Shown here piece after piece: positions 26,444 through 35,130 of a DNA stretch of 64,000 nucleotides. A model generated the notes under the pieces. The model saw only the letters and a list, made by a program, of their open reading frames with translations. It did no database searches and was not told where the DNA came from. The first letter of the stretch is position 1; every line of letters begins with the position of its first letter. The DNA is from Candidatus Cryptobacteroides sp. (GTDB taxonomy: Bacteria > Bacteroidota > Bacteroidia > Bacteroidales > UBA932): contig JBJEBQ010000020.1 in the NCBI GenBank assembly GCA_051870215.1, positions 1,449 through 65,448 of the forward strand, read 5' to 3'. The translations under genes and the position numbers were made by a program.

Positions 26444-28951
26444 TTATTCGACAAGATATGTTCCCTCTATAGTCGGAGCAGTTGCTTTCTTGTAAACATA
26501 ATCCTCCATATTCTCTTCGGTTATCTCGGTGCCGTTTATACTTCCTCCGACGCCACAGTTGGAAATTACTCTGGTTGTCACAGATGTGGTTGCCAACGAC
26601 CTTCCGAGAATGGCGGCGATATTGTTGTTAGTTATAGTGCCGGCAGATGTGAGGGAAGACTTGCTGTCGCATGAAGCAATGGTATAGGCATTGTTTCCGA
26701 TATAACCCACAACTCCTCCGCAGTCAAGATTCGGGCAGGTAACGCTGCCGGTAATTTTGACAGAGATACTGCCGGTATTGTGCAGATTATACAAATTGGT
26801 AGCTTTGCTTGTTGCCGAACCGACACAGCCCGATGCTCTGAGATCCTTGTTTTGAGGAGAGTTGATGATGATATTGCCGCTGTTGTAACATGGAGCATCT
26901 TCCCCGGCAGAAGTTTTGCCCAAAGTTCCACCGACAGAAAGGTTGCCTATAAGTCCTCCTATACGGAATTGGTCACTTGTGCTTCCACTTCCGGCCGTAC
27001 CGGTAATCTCGATATCGCCGCTGTTGGTAACATTCTGCAGGAAATAGCCACCGCTGGTTTTTCCGGCTATTCCGACAACACCTCCGATATCAACCCTATT
27101 GGTGGCCTTGCTGCTGAATGTCAGTTTTCCCTTGTTTTCAGAATCTGATATCACAATGGAATCATGATTTGCGTTACCGATAATACCACCGAATATGGCG
27201 TATGCAGCCGTCTCCGCAACATATCTGACTTCTCCTGAGTTCTCGCAGGACTTGACAGCCAAAGCGGCAACAGCTTTTCCGACAAGTCCTCCTGCCGCAC
27301 ATGATTTACCGACATTGACAGTAACAATACCACTATTTATGCAGTTTTCACAAACAGATGCCGCTGTGGTGTAACCAAGGACGCCGCCCACATTAGGAGT
27401 TCCGCTGGCAATATTCTTGTCCAAAGTGACATTACCATTATTCGTGCAGGTTTTAAACAACACGGCTTGAGTACTATTTCCTACGACTCCTCCTATAGAA
27501 GGAGTGCCGACGCATCCTCCCGCCATAACGATATCGCCATTGTTTGTACAATTTGTAAGATCAGCATTAACCCCAGTTTGAGTTGCACCTACGATGCCTC
27601 CGACAGCAACGAACGTTCCACTACCGGTCGTTGTTCCGCTTTCGTAAGTAACTGCAGCATTATTTATACAGCCGACCAAAGGAACATTGTTGGAAGCACC
27701 AAGAACTCCACCCAAATTGTAGTTGTGAGCTGCACTGAGCCCTGAAACGGTGATTGAACCTGAAACCTCGACATTCTCGATTTTAGGATTCTCACGGGTG
27801 GCGGCAGCAACGTTTCCTTTCGGATAGGCATAGTGGCCGAGGATACCGACGCCGTAGTCTATACCCTTGATTTGGGCGGAAGTCTTGCCGTTGGTCGTTA
27901 TATTGGCGGAAAGTTTCAGGTCGTGGATGTATGCACTTTGGATGTTACCGAAAAGAGGACAGGTAAGTCCGGAAATCGTGTGGCTGTTGCCGTTGAACTC
28001 GCCGTAGAAATTGTTTGCCTCGACATACTTGCTTGCCTCGTCTGCCGAAAGCGCGATATCATTTTTCAAAGTAACCACATCCCATGCTGTGAATTTGGCG
28101 GACTGTCTTGCCCATTTGATGAGATCTTCGGCAGTGTTGATTTCATACACGAAGAAACTGCCGAGATCCTGGCCGTTGCTGCGGACAAAAGCGGTAGCCG
28201 CCTTTTTGGTCACCGTCACTGTCTCATCAGCCAGGTTTGTGAAAGTGACTGCTATTTCTGAAATCCTGGAAGGAATGACGGAAATATAATATGTGCCGGC
28301 TTCAAAGCTCTCCCCTTCCGGTTTGAGAACCACATTTGAAGCTGCATCCCCAGCCGCAGCGGGGGCAAGAACATCAGCAGACAAATCCATTGTGAACTTA
28401 CCTGAGAGTTTCTCCCCTTCTTTGGTTGCAGCCACTTCAACCTGCTTGATTCCGGCAGGAACAGTAAGCTGCATCAGAGCCACGCAGTTCTTGAAGGAAA
28501 GGGTGGTATTCTCCGATTTGCATGCTGCGACAAGAGCGCCTGGAGCCACTTTCTGACCTTTCGCAAGCTGCTGCTCTGAAGGCACGACCGCCGTAAGGAC
28601 ATCTCCCTCGAAAGTGTTCCCTTCGGCGTATGGATAGACTGCAAGGAAAGGAGCCGAACCGTTGATATTCTCCGCACTGAAAGTCCCCTTTGCCGCATCG
28701 AGCAGTCTGCACCCGACGTTTGCGTCATCAGCGGTAGTCACGCCTATTACATCGTCCTCAACCCACTTAGGAGTGTGGCCTTCAAGGGTGGATTTGGTTT
28801 CCAAGGTCTCGAAAGAGGCAGTGAATGCCGGCACATCCACCACAGGCCTGTCCACATCTTCAGGCTTGTCCTGCACGGCCTCTTTGACACATGAAACACT
28901 CGCGAAAATGCCTAACACGGCAAATGCTTTGATAAAGAAAGTATTTTTCAT
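26444..28951 (-). CDS. Large surface lipoprotein with about 11 GLUG-like beta-helix repeats
   Basis: Lipoprotein signal (AVLGIFASVSC). The N-terminal module is fimbrillin-like (tentative). Residues ~410-800 carry repeats of GG[VIL][VIL]G...C.N.G.[VI] (GGVLGASNN, GGIVGATQT, GGVVGNSTQ, GGVLGYTTA, GGLVGKAVA, GGIIGNANH, GGVVGIAGK, GGLIGNLSV, GGVVGYIGN). Confidence 0.8.
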   Translation of the reverse strand: MKNTFFIKAFAVLGIFASVSCVKEAVQDKPEDVDRPVVDVPAFTASFETLETKSTLEGHTPKWVEDDVIGVTTADDANVGCRLLDAAKGTFSAENINGSAPFLAVYPYAEGNTFEGDVLTAVVPSEQQLAKGQKVAPGALVAACKSENTTLSFKNCVALMQLTVPAGIKQVEVAATKEGEKLSGKFTMDLSADVLAPAAAGDAASNVVLKPEGESFEAGTYYISVIPSRISEIAVTFTNLADETVTVTKKAATAFVRSNGQDLGSFFVYEINTAEDLIKWARQSAKFTAWDVVTLKNDIALSADEASKYVEANNFYGEFNGNSHTISGLTCPLFGNIQSAYIHDLKLSANITTNGKTSAQIKGIDYGVGILGHYAYPKGNVAAATRENPKIENVEVSGSITVSGLSAAHNYNLGGVLGASNNVPLVGCINNAAVTYESGTTTGSGTFVAVGGIVGATQTGVNADLTNCTNNGDIVMAGGCVGTPSIGGVVGNSTQAVLFKTCTNNGNVTLDKNIASGTPNVGGVLGYTTAASVCENCINSGIVTVNVGKSCAAGGLVGKAVAALAVKSCENSGEVRYVAETAAYAIFGGIIGNANHDSIVISDSENKGKLTFSSKATNRVDIGGVVGIAGKTSGGYFLQNVTNSGDIEITGTAGSGSTSDQFRIGGLIGNLSVGGTLGKTSAGEDAPCYNSGNIIINSPQNKDLRASGCVGSATSKATNLYNLHNTGSISVKITGSVTCPNLDCGGVVGYIGNNAYTIASCDSKSSLTSAGTITNNNIAAILGRSLATTSVTTRVISNCGVGGSINGTEITEENMEDYVYKKATAPTIEGTYLVE

Positions 28952-28973
28952 TATATATCCTCCTATTCATTTA

Positions 28974-29123
28974 TTAACCCCAAAAATCATCAAATTGATC
29001 ATTGAAAGACTCGTAATTTTCACCATCGGTGTTGATATTACCCGAGACAGTACATACGACCCCCTCTGGGATACAGCTGATTTCCGTCAGTTCCGGCTTT
29101 TGATAAAATTGTTTTAGTTCCAT
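28974..29123 (-). CDS. Possible 49-aa acidic small ORF upstream of the GLUG lipoprotein
   Basis: MELKQFYQKPELTEISCIPEGVVCTVSGNINTDGENYESFNDQFDDFWG, ending in a double stop. It lies 22 nt upstream of the 28951 start and downstream of a -7 box. It is below the ORF-track length cutoff, and there is no homology evidence. Confidence 0.3.
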   Translation of the reverse strand: MELKQFYQKPELTEISCIPEGVVCTVSGNINTDGENYESFNDQFDDFWG

Positions 29124-29160
29124 AATCATGTTTTCTGTTTATCTTCAAACTAATCATCGG

Positions 29161-29168
29161 CAAATTTA
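29161..29168 (-). promoter_or_regulatory. Candidate -7 box for the small ORF / GLUG gene
   Basis: Plus-strand CAAATTTA is TAAATTTG on the minus strand, 32-38 nt upstream of the ATGs at 29129 and 29123. Confidence 0.35.
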
Positions 29169-29249
29169 TGATTTTCAGAAGTTCTCAAGGGATATTCCGT
29201 GTTCAAAAAAAGACAATATCTTCCCATTTTATCCCGACAGGGCGATTTG

Positions 29250-30842
29250 CTAATTGAAAGTCAGCACAGCCATGACAGGGATATGGTCCGAAGGGTAAAT
29301 CTCGCCGAGAGTCCTGTTGTTGTACTTTGTGTATATCTGCCTGTAGGACTTGAGATTGAAGCCTTCATACCATATATGGTCGATGCGCATGCTCTCGCTG
29401 TGGTCGTAGGACGCGATGTTTTTGCCCGGACAGGTACCTGGCCTGGTCGCCGTCTGCGCATCCATGACTCCGGCATCCGCTGCCGCCTCGAAAGCATTCA
29501 CGAGGGACGTTTTCTTCAGGACATCCCTGTAGCTGACATGAGAGGAGCAGGTATTGAAATCCCCGGCCACGATGTAAGGGAGACTCTCCGCATTTACGTA
29601 TGGGATCTGCTTGAGCAGGCTGCGTATGTTTCCGGCATTGAGACAGCTGATGCTGCCCGCAAGAGAAGACGCCGCGTCGTCACCCCGTATATGCGGATGA
29701 GGTGCGAACCAGCAGAACTTCCTGCCGGTGTGGATATCCCTGAAAACCGCCCACAGACATACCCTGTTGGAACCTGCAGAATAGAGTTTGCCGTTGGATG
29801 TGTCGGTATAGGAATATGCCGAAGCCGCTGTTATCAGAGCGGCAGCCTCCGGCTCGGAAAGCCAGAATATGCCATCAGAGAGTTTTTCGAGTCTCGATGA
29901 CTTATAGATTATACCGGGCGCGTATGAATAGGAAATCCCGTTGGCGGTATTTGGCTTTATAAGCCACTCATAATCGCCGGAATTTGCCCTGAGCCAATAA
30001 AATTCAGAAAGACTCAACTCGTTTATTGTCATGATGTCACAGTCCATATTCCTGATTATGGCGGCCACTGCAGACTTCGCTTCTCCCCAAGGATTGTCCG
30101 GACAGTCGGAGCGGCCGGCATCATTCAGAATGTTGTATGTCCCGACCTTGAGCAGTCCCGAATCGAAAAGTATATTCTCTTCATAGTCGTCCAAAATGAC
30201 CGTGGATGCATCCGGATTGAACTTGAACGAAGGGAGGGTATAAGTTTCTCCCGCCGACAGGGTTTTGCCTTCAGTATAGAATTTCAGTTCTGAATAATGT
30301 CCCGAAGCGGTATAGATTTTAGCAGAGAAACCCTCTGCAAAAGACTGTGCCAGGACGGGCAGGGAAATTTTCATATTTTCCTGAGTAATCTTCAGTTCCG
30401 GGCTGAAGCTGATTTCAAGCGCATTGCCGTTACCGCCTGCAGCCACCCATTCCCCGTTGAAAGCACCGTTGGAATAGCCCATTGCGAAACTGCCGCTGAC
30501 GGGTTCGGCTCCGGAAGCCTCAAGCCGTATTGCAGAGACGTGGTACTGCTTTTCCGAACTCAGGCTGAACTCTAACATCGCACAGAGAGGCTGCATCACA
30601 GGCTCTTCGGGATACACGGCCGAGCCCCATTGAGGTGAGGAGCTGTCCGGGAACACCCCGTCCGCACACAACTGCTCTGAAGGAATTTCAAAGCGGGCAT
30701 TGTCGCTCTCAGGTATCAGACGGTTGATTACAGTGCCATCTTCCGGTACTTCCTTGTCCGGAATAAAGTTTTCATTTTTCTTCTCACAGGCTGAAAAGGC
30801 AAAAAAAGCCGCAGCCAAATATAAAACAGTCCTTTTCATCAT
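29250..30842 (-). CDS. Endonuclease/exonuclease/phosphatase (EEP) family lipoprotein
   Basis: Lipoprotein signal (LAAAFFAFSAC) and an N-terminal beta-sandwich region. The C-terminal EEP domain includes VGTYNILND and PSDHIPVMAVLTF. Its ATG at 30842 overlaps the upstream stop (ATGA). Confidence 0.85.
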   Translation of the reverse strand: MMKRTVLYLAAAFFAFSACEKKNENFIPDKEVPEDGTVINRLIPESDNARFEIPSEQLCADGVFPDSSSPQWGSAVYPEEPVMQPLCAMLEFSLSSEKQYHVSAIRLEASGAEPVSGSFAMGYSNGAFNGEWVAAGGNGNALEISFSPELKITQENMKISLPVLAQSFAEGFSAKIYTASGHYSELKFYTEGKTLSAGETYTLPSFKFNPDASTVILDDYEENILFDSGLLKVGTYNILNDAGRSDCPDNPWGEAKSAVAAIIRNMDCDIMTINELSLSEFYWLRANSGDYEWLIKPNTANGISYSYAPGIIYKSSRLEKLSDGIFWLSEPEAAALITAASAYSYTDTSNGKLYSAGSNRVCLWAVFRDIHTGRKFCWFAPHPHIRGDDAASSLAGSISCLNAGNIRSLLKQIPYVNAESLPYIVAGDFNTCSSHVSYRDVLKKTSLVNAFEAAADAGVMDAQTATRPGTCPGKNIASYDHSESMRIDHIWYEGFNLKSYRQIYTKYNNRTLGEIYPSDHIPVMAVLTFN

Positions 30843-31684
30843 TCCCAAAAATTATTGTCCGACCACACGAATCCTTCAAGAGGTGAGGCAAAATCTCCTG
30901 AAACATCCTGATAGAGACGGATTATATTCAACTTGCCGCTCCTGATTACTATTCCGCCGGCCGGAACAGAGAGTTTCTTTGTGTACTTCCCGCCACCGCC
31001 GGCTTCGACAGTGACCTGCAGCTTTGTCCCGGCAGACAGGGCGACATCATACCATGGCAGCATCATATAGACAGTCAGACTATGCGAAGACAAATCCACA
31101 TCCTCCAGTTCCAGACGCATCCCGTTTGTCATAGGCCCTTCGGCATCGTTGGTCAGATAAAAGACATCGGAACCGGCACTGATTGAAACAGCCTCCACTG
31201 ACGGCACATCTTCCGGAAGCATGAGCGAAATCATCAGGACAGAGTTTTGCCTTGCCTCCGCGAAATTCAGATGCAGATAGTCCGCGCAATCCTCAAGCAG
31301 CGCATTCCACTCCAAATGCGCGGTGCTGCCGTTGCCTTTCTGATGCTGGACATTATATTTCCTCGCCTTGATAGCCTCAGGACCATCGTATTTCTGTCCC
31401 GGGTAATAGACCGTGAACCTGTCGCCGCTGAGCGGCTCCCCGGAAAATTGCGCCTGATGCGCAGTAAAACCGTCCATAATGGAATACAGTTTTGTCGTGC
31501 CGCCGGCGCATACGCCGAGTTTGTCCCCCGCCTGCCATGCAAGGGAGAGCCCCGTTTCGGAAGGCATCATTGACACCTTGGTGTCAGAGGGAAGGCTGGC
31601 ACTGATTGTTTTCTCATTCAAGACCGGTTCTTTGGAACAGGACGCCAGCAATACAGCGCTCAGGAGAGCGGCCATTAATTTCAT
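30839..31684 (-). CDS. Hypothetical lipoprotein (fimbrillin-like N-terminal fold, tentative)
   Basis: MKLMAALLSAVLLASCS signal and LSLAWQAGDKLGV motif. Its ATG at 31684 overlaps the upstream stop (ATGA). Confidence 0.65.
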   Translation of the reverse strand: MKLMAALLSAVLLASCSKEPVLNEKTISASLPSDTKVSMMPSETGLSLAWQAGDKLGVCAGGTTKLYSIMDGFTAHQAQFSGEPLSGDRFTVYYPGQKYDGPEAIKARKYNVQHQKGNGSTAHLEWNALLEDCADYLHLNFAEARQNSVLMISLMLPEDVPSVEAVSISAGSDVFYLTNDAEGPMTNGMRLELEDVDLSSHSLTVYMMLPWYDVALSAGTKLQVTVEAGGGGKYTKKLSVPAGGIVIRSGKLNIIRLYQDVSGDFASPLEGFVWSDNNFWE

Positions 31685-33549
31685 TTGAGTATTTGCCATT
31701 GTATTTTGATTGGATTATGGTCTGAGCCTGCTGTCAGTCCGCAGTGCGGTTCCGAGAGAATCTCCCAGGAATCCACCCGGCTGAGTCCAGGCGTAAAGAA
31801 TATATGATCGATATGGTTGGAATTTTGGGGATGATTGTCCCTTGTGCGGTATCTTCCCCTGGAATCGGATTTGGGGTTGACGGATTTCTTCGCCCGGGTC
31901 ATGCTGTCCATGAGCCATGGCCCTTCTGCCAGATACCTCATCGCCGGATTGGCGTCAGGGCTGTTGTAGTCTCCGGTGCATAATGCAGGATAACCGCCGG
32001 CAATCTCACGCACTTTCGATACGAGCAGGCGGGCCGATGTCATCATGGCCTCGTGACTTACAAAGTCGAAATGGGAATTGAACACAAAGAAAACATTTCC
32101 ATCGGTCCTGTCCCTGAATTTCGCCCAGATGCAAAGCCTGCTGGATATTCCTCCGAAGCCGCGCGGTTTTCCCGGGACTTCCGTATACCAGAATATGCCG
32201 TTGTCCAAAAGTTCCACGCGTTCCTTCCTGTAGAATATGGAATTGGAAAAATCGTCCTTTTCAAGATTGGTGCACGCGAAGATGCCGCCCCATTTGTCTC
32301 CCAATGCGGTGCAGAGCTCATCATACTCTGGACGGTGCGGCTCCTGAACGCCCACAACATCAAAATTGTGCTGACGGAACAGTTCGTTCACATACTTGAG
32401 CCTTTCCTCCCACGGAGCGCCCTCTCCGGGATTTCTGTACTCGATGTTGTAGGTCGCAACAGTCAGCGGGGCTCCGGAAGGCCTGCCCTTTGTATTCATA
32501 TAAGGCGCTATGTCTTTAACGTAGGAATCCACGGTAGCCGATGCCACAGGAAATCTGTTCGCGGCTTCCATATTTCTCGTGGCTGCCGCATTGTTGATTT
32601 CCATTTCACTTGTCCGCACGCACCAGACTTCGCTGCACTGCCCGTTGTGGGGTTTGTAGGCATACATCAGATAGATGTAACCGTTGCCCGGAGCGCACAC
32701 GCAAGGATGGACCGCATCCACCCTGCTGTCTATAATCAAATCCCCGTACCAGCTCTTGCCCTCGTCATCTGAAAGGTATGCAATCAGACGGTCGGGAGTG
32801 TAGTACAGTTCCTGGTCGAGGCGTCCGTTTTTCACCGCCAGCCATTTCCCGCCGGGAAGTACGCTGACACTCATAGGCGTGTCCGGGCTGTAGATGAATT
32901 TATCCGCCGGAGTCCAGCTTCTGCCAAAATCGGCAGACAGCGAGCCCCATCTCCACTGATAGCCGGTGCCACGGTTGAGCATAAGCAATTTGCCGTTTCT
33001 GTACGGCAGGAGTATAGGGTCAGGGCGCTGTGTGCGGACTTTTTCAGGGATATCAGCCTTAGCCGGAAGAGCTATCCATGAATCGGCCCTGTCCATTGAG
33101 AACAATACGCCCGGGCTGCCTTTTTCAGAAAGGAAAACAGGCAGAAGCACAGCCCCGTTTCTGAGTGCGACAGGTGCGCTGCTGCAATATCCTTTTGCGA
33201 TTACGACCGCATCTGTCCACACGTCCGGTTCGCTGTCAGGTGCGGGGCATATTCTCATGCAGATGTCTCCGGAATGCGTATAAAAAAGCCTCAGTTCTCC
33301 GGCAAAACCGCGCCACAGCACTGCATCCGTGGCACCGTCCAGTTTCATAAACTGAGTCCAGCTGTCCGCTGTGGCATTTCCCTTAATCAGTATGCTCGAA
33401 TTGTCAGCCTGCAGAGCCGCGACAAGCACACCGCCTTTTGTGGCGGCAAGACCGCTCGGACGGAGTTCGTCGGCAGAAATCTTCAGGACCGCTCCGAAAC
33501 CCGGCACAGACAGCAGCAGGAGCAATAATATTCCAAACAATTTTTTCAT
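31681..33549 (-). CDS. BNR/sialidase-like beta-propeller fused to an EEP domain
   Basis: Signal peptide and Asp-boxes SADFGRSWT and SDDEGKSWY. The C-terminal EEP domain includes VATYNIEYRN, VGVQEP and GSDHNPIKIQW. Confidence 0.85.
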   Translation of the reverse strand: MKKLFGILLLLLLSVPGFGAVLKISADELRPSGLAATKGGVLVAALQADNSSILIKGNATADSWTQFMKLDGATDAVLWRGFAGELRLFYTHSGDICMRICPAPDSEPDVWTDAVVIAKGYCSSAPVALRNGAVLLPVFLSEKGSPGVLFSMDRADSWIALPAKADIPEKVRTQRPDPILLPYRNGKLLMLNRGTGYQWRWGSLSADFGRSWTPADKFIYSPDTPMSVSVLPGGKWLAVKNGRLDQELYYTPDRLIAYLSDDEGKSWYGDLIIDSRVDAVHPCVCAPGNGYIYLMYAYKPHNGQCSEVWCVRTSEMEINNAAATRNMEAANRFPVASATVDSYVKDIAPYMNTKGRPSGAPLTVATYNIEYRNPGEGAPWEERLKYVNELFRQHNFDVVGVQEPHRPEYDELCTALGDKWGGIFACTNLEKDDFSNSIFYRKERVELLDNGIFWYTEVPGKPRGFGGISSRLCIWAKFRDRTDGNVFFVFNSHFDFVSHEAMMTSARLLVSKVREIAGGYPALCTGDYNSPDANPAMRYLAEGPWLMDSMTRAKKSVNPKSDSRGRYRTRDNHPQNSNHIDHIFFTPGLSRVDSWEILSEPHCGLTAGSDHNPIKIQWQILK

Positions 33550-33550
33550 A

Positions 33551-35119
33551 CTATCTGTATCTAATGCTTATAGCTCCAAATCTTACAAAAGTCCAGTCCT
33601 CCATATTCTGTCTCAAAGAATACAGATGTTTTTCCTCCATAGCCAAAGTGGTGAGATTCTTACGGACCGGACAGATTCTCACATACACGGTCTCCTGCCC
33701 TATGAGGGAGGACGGCAGTTCCACAATATGTTCCGTCAGCCCCATTCCGGCATCGGTGGATGTGAAGTAGCGCACGCCGTTCTGGGAACTCTCCCACCAC
33801 GGGAGGGTACGCAGCTGTATATCGGGCATATCCAACTTGGAAATATGGACATTGTCAGTGGAATACTCCACGCCCCAGAATGCAGGGGCAAATCTGGACG
33901 TCGTTGCGGAAACGGCACCTGCCGCAAAAGAGAATGCAAGATAAAGTCTTTCACCGTCAAGGTCCTTGGTGGAGAATTTCAATACCACTGCGCTGCCGCA
34001 GTCCTCCGCCCAGTTCCACCAGTTTTTCACCTGGGTCCTGATTTCCATAGCTCCCTTGTTGACCTTTCCCCTCGTACCCCGGATTTCCTTGTCAGTGTCT
34101 TCAAGAACGGGATTATTGACATCCATGCCCCTGTAGGTCGAGCTTAAGAAATCCAGGCTGAGTTCGCCCCTGCCTATATCAGGAAGCATTTTTTCATAGC
34201 GGAAACGCTCAACCGCCCCGTCAGTGGTATTGAACTGCGGTGCATTGTCGTTCCAGTTCCATTCGCAGAGAGTAGTGAATGAGGAGCGTTCTTCACGGCT
34301 GAAAGCTATGTCGCTTTCCTCCATAGGACGTATCTGCCATGCCTCGACATGACCGTAGCGGGGTATGTCGCTGCGGAGCAATATGCCGGAAATGCTGCCT
34401 GTCCCCTGCGGGACGCCGGCGCCGGACCTTCTCCACGGCACACGGGAATTTATCACGAGATACAACGGAGCGGCGTTTCTGTCCCAAAGCAGAGTCTGCC
34501 ATGTGTCCATATATCCGACAGGAGAATATTTTGCGTTCAATGCGGTTTTCTTTCCGTACTGCTCCAGTATGTTCACGTATGCCCCGTCCTTGAAGACAAA
34601 TTCGCAGTCAGGAACAGTAACCCAGGTATAAATATCGTCTGCACTCAGTTCGGAGAGCGCCTTGACTTTCCGCGGAACATCAGACCCGCTGCCGGGAACT
34701 ACGGAAACAATGCTGCCGTCGGGGATGTTTTCAATGACAAGTGCCCCGTTGGCATCCTTACGCAACGACGCTCCGCAAAGATTGAGTGTTATTACAGAAT
34801 ACCGCACGGCTTTTTTTGCTTCGGTGTTGAAATGCCGGAACACGAGTCTGGCTCCGAGTTTCCCGTCAAGGCTCTCCACGTATGCTGTACGGTTGCTCAT
34901 CGTGGCAGAGGCGTCCCTATAGGATATCTGCCGGCTGTCGGCAAGGTTTTCATTGCCCGGAGAACTCACCACGAGAGCGCTGAGATACAGGCTGTCGCTT
35001 ACCAACACGGGCTCCGGTCCCGCGGCTTTTTCCTTAAGCTGCCCTATCTCCAGCGTCTGCGCAGAGAGCTTAGCCGGAGTAAGGAGCAGAATCATATATG
35101 ACAGAAGTCTTTTCATCAT
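33551..35119 (-). CDS. PUL-associated secreted protein, paralogue of the C-terminal two-thirds of 35131-37374
   Basis: Signal peptide. It shares blocks with the neighbour: SELSADDIYTWVTVPDCEF vs SELSDDDIYTRITLKDCEF, and SGILLRSD vs SGILVHEK. The tail is FVRFGAISIRYR vs IDYVAVRYNK. A DUF5689 / choice-of-anchor-J-like assignment is only tentative. Confidence 0.7.
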   Translation of the reverse strand: MMKRLLSYMILLLTPAKLSAQTLEIGQLKEKAAGPEPVLVSDSLYLSALVVSSPGNENLADSRQISYRDASATMSNRTAYVESLDGKLGARLVFRHFNTEAKKAVRYSVITLNLCGASLRKDANGALVIENIPDGSIVSVVPGSGSDVPRKVKALSELSADDIYTWVTVPDCEFVFKDGAYVNILEQYGKKTALNAKYSPVGYMDTWQTLLWDRNAAPLYLVINSRVPWRRSGAGVPQGTGSISGILLRSDIPRYGHVEAWQIRPMEESDIAFSREERSSFTTLCEWNWNDNAPQFNTTDGAVERFRYEKMLPDIGRGELSLDFLSSTYRGMDVNNPVLEDTDKEIRGTRGKVNKGAMEIRTQVKNWWNWAEDCGSAVVLKFSTKDLDGERLYLAFSFAAGAVSATTSRFAPAFWGVEYSTDNVHISKLDMPDIQLRTLPWWESSQNGVRYFTSTDAGMGLTEHIVELPSSLIGQETVYVRICPVRKNLTTLAMEEKHLYSLRQNMEDWTFVRFGAISIRYR

Positions 35120-35130
35120 TGGCGTCCGCT

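Noticed and set aside
26554-27724. Possible DNA-level tandem repeat in the GLUG gene
   Set aside because: The periodicity is visible only at protein level (degenerate 28-35-aa units). I saw no long identical nucleotide repeats.
30825-30850. Weaker cassette-like matches (AATTTTTGGGAATGATGAAAAG at the EEP gene start; AAAATTTGATTGTTTATGAGAA at 26195-26220)
   Set aside because: They share only the TTTG...ATGA skeleton with several mismatches or gaps, which could arise by chance in A/T-rich start contexts. They are not counted as copies.
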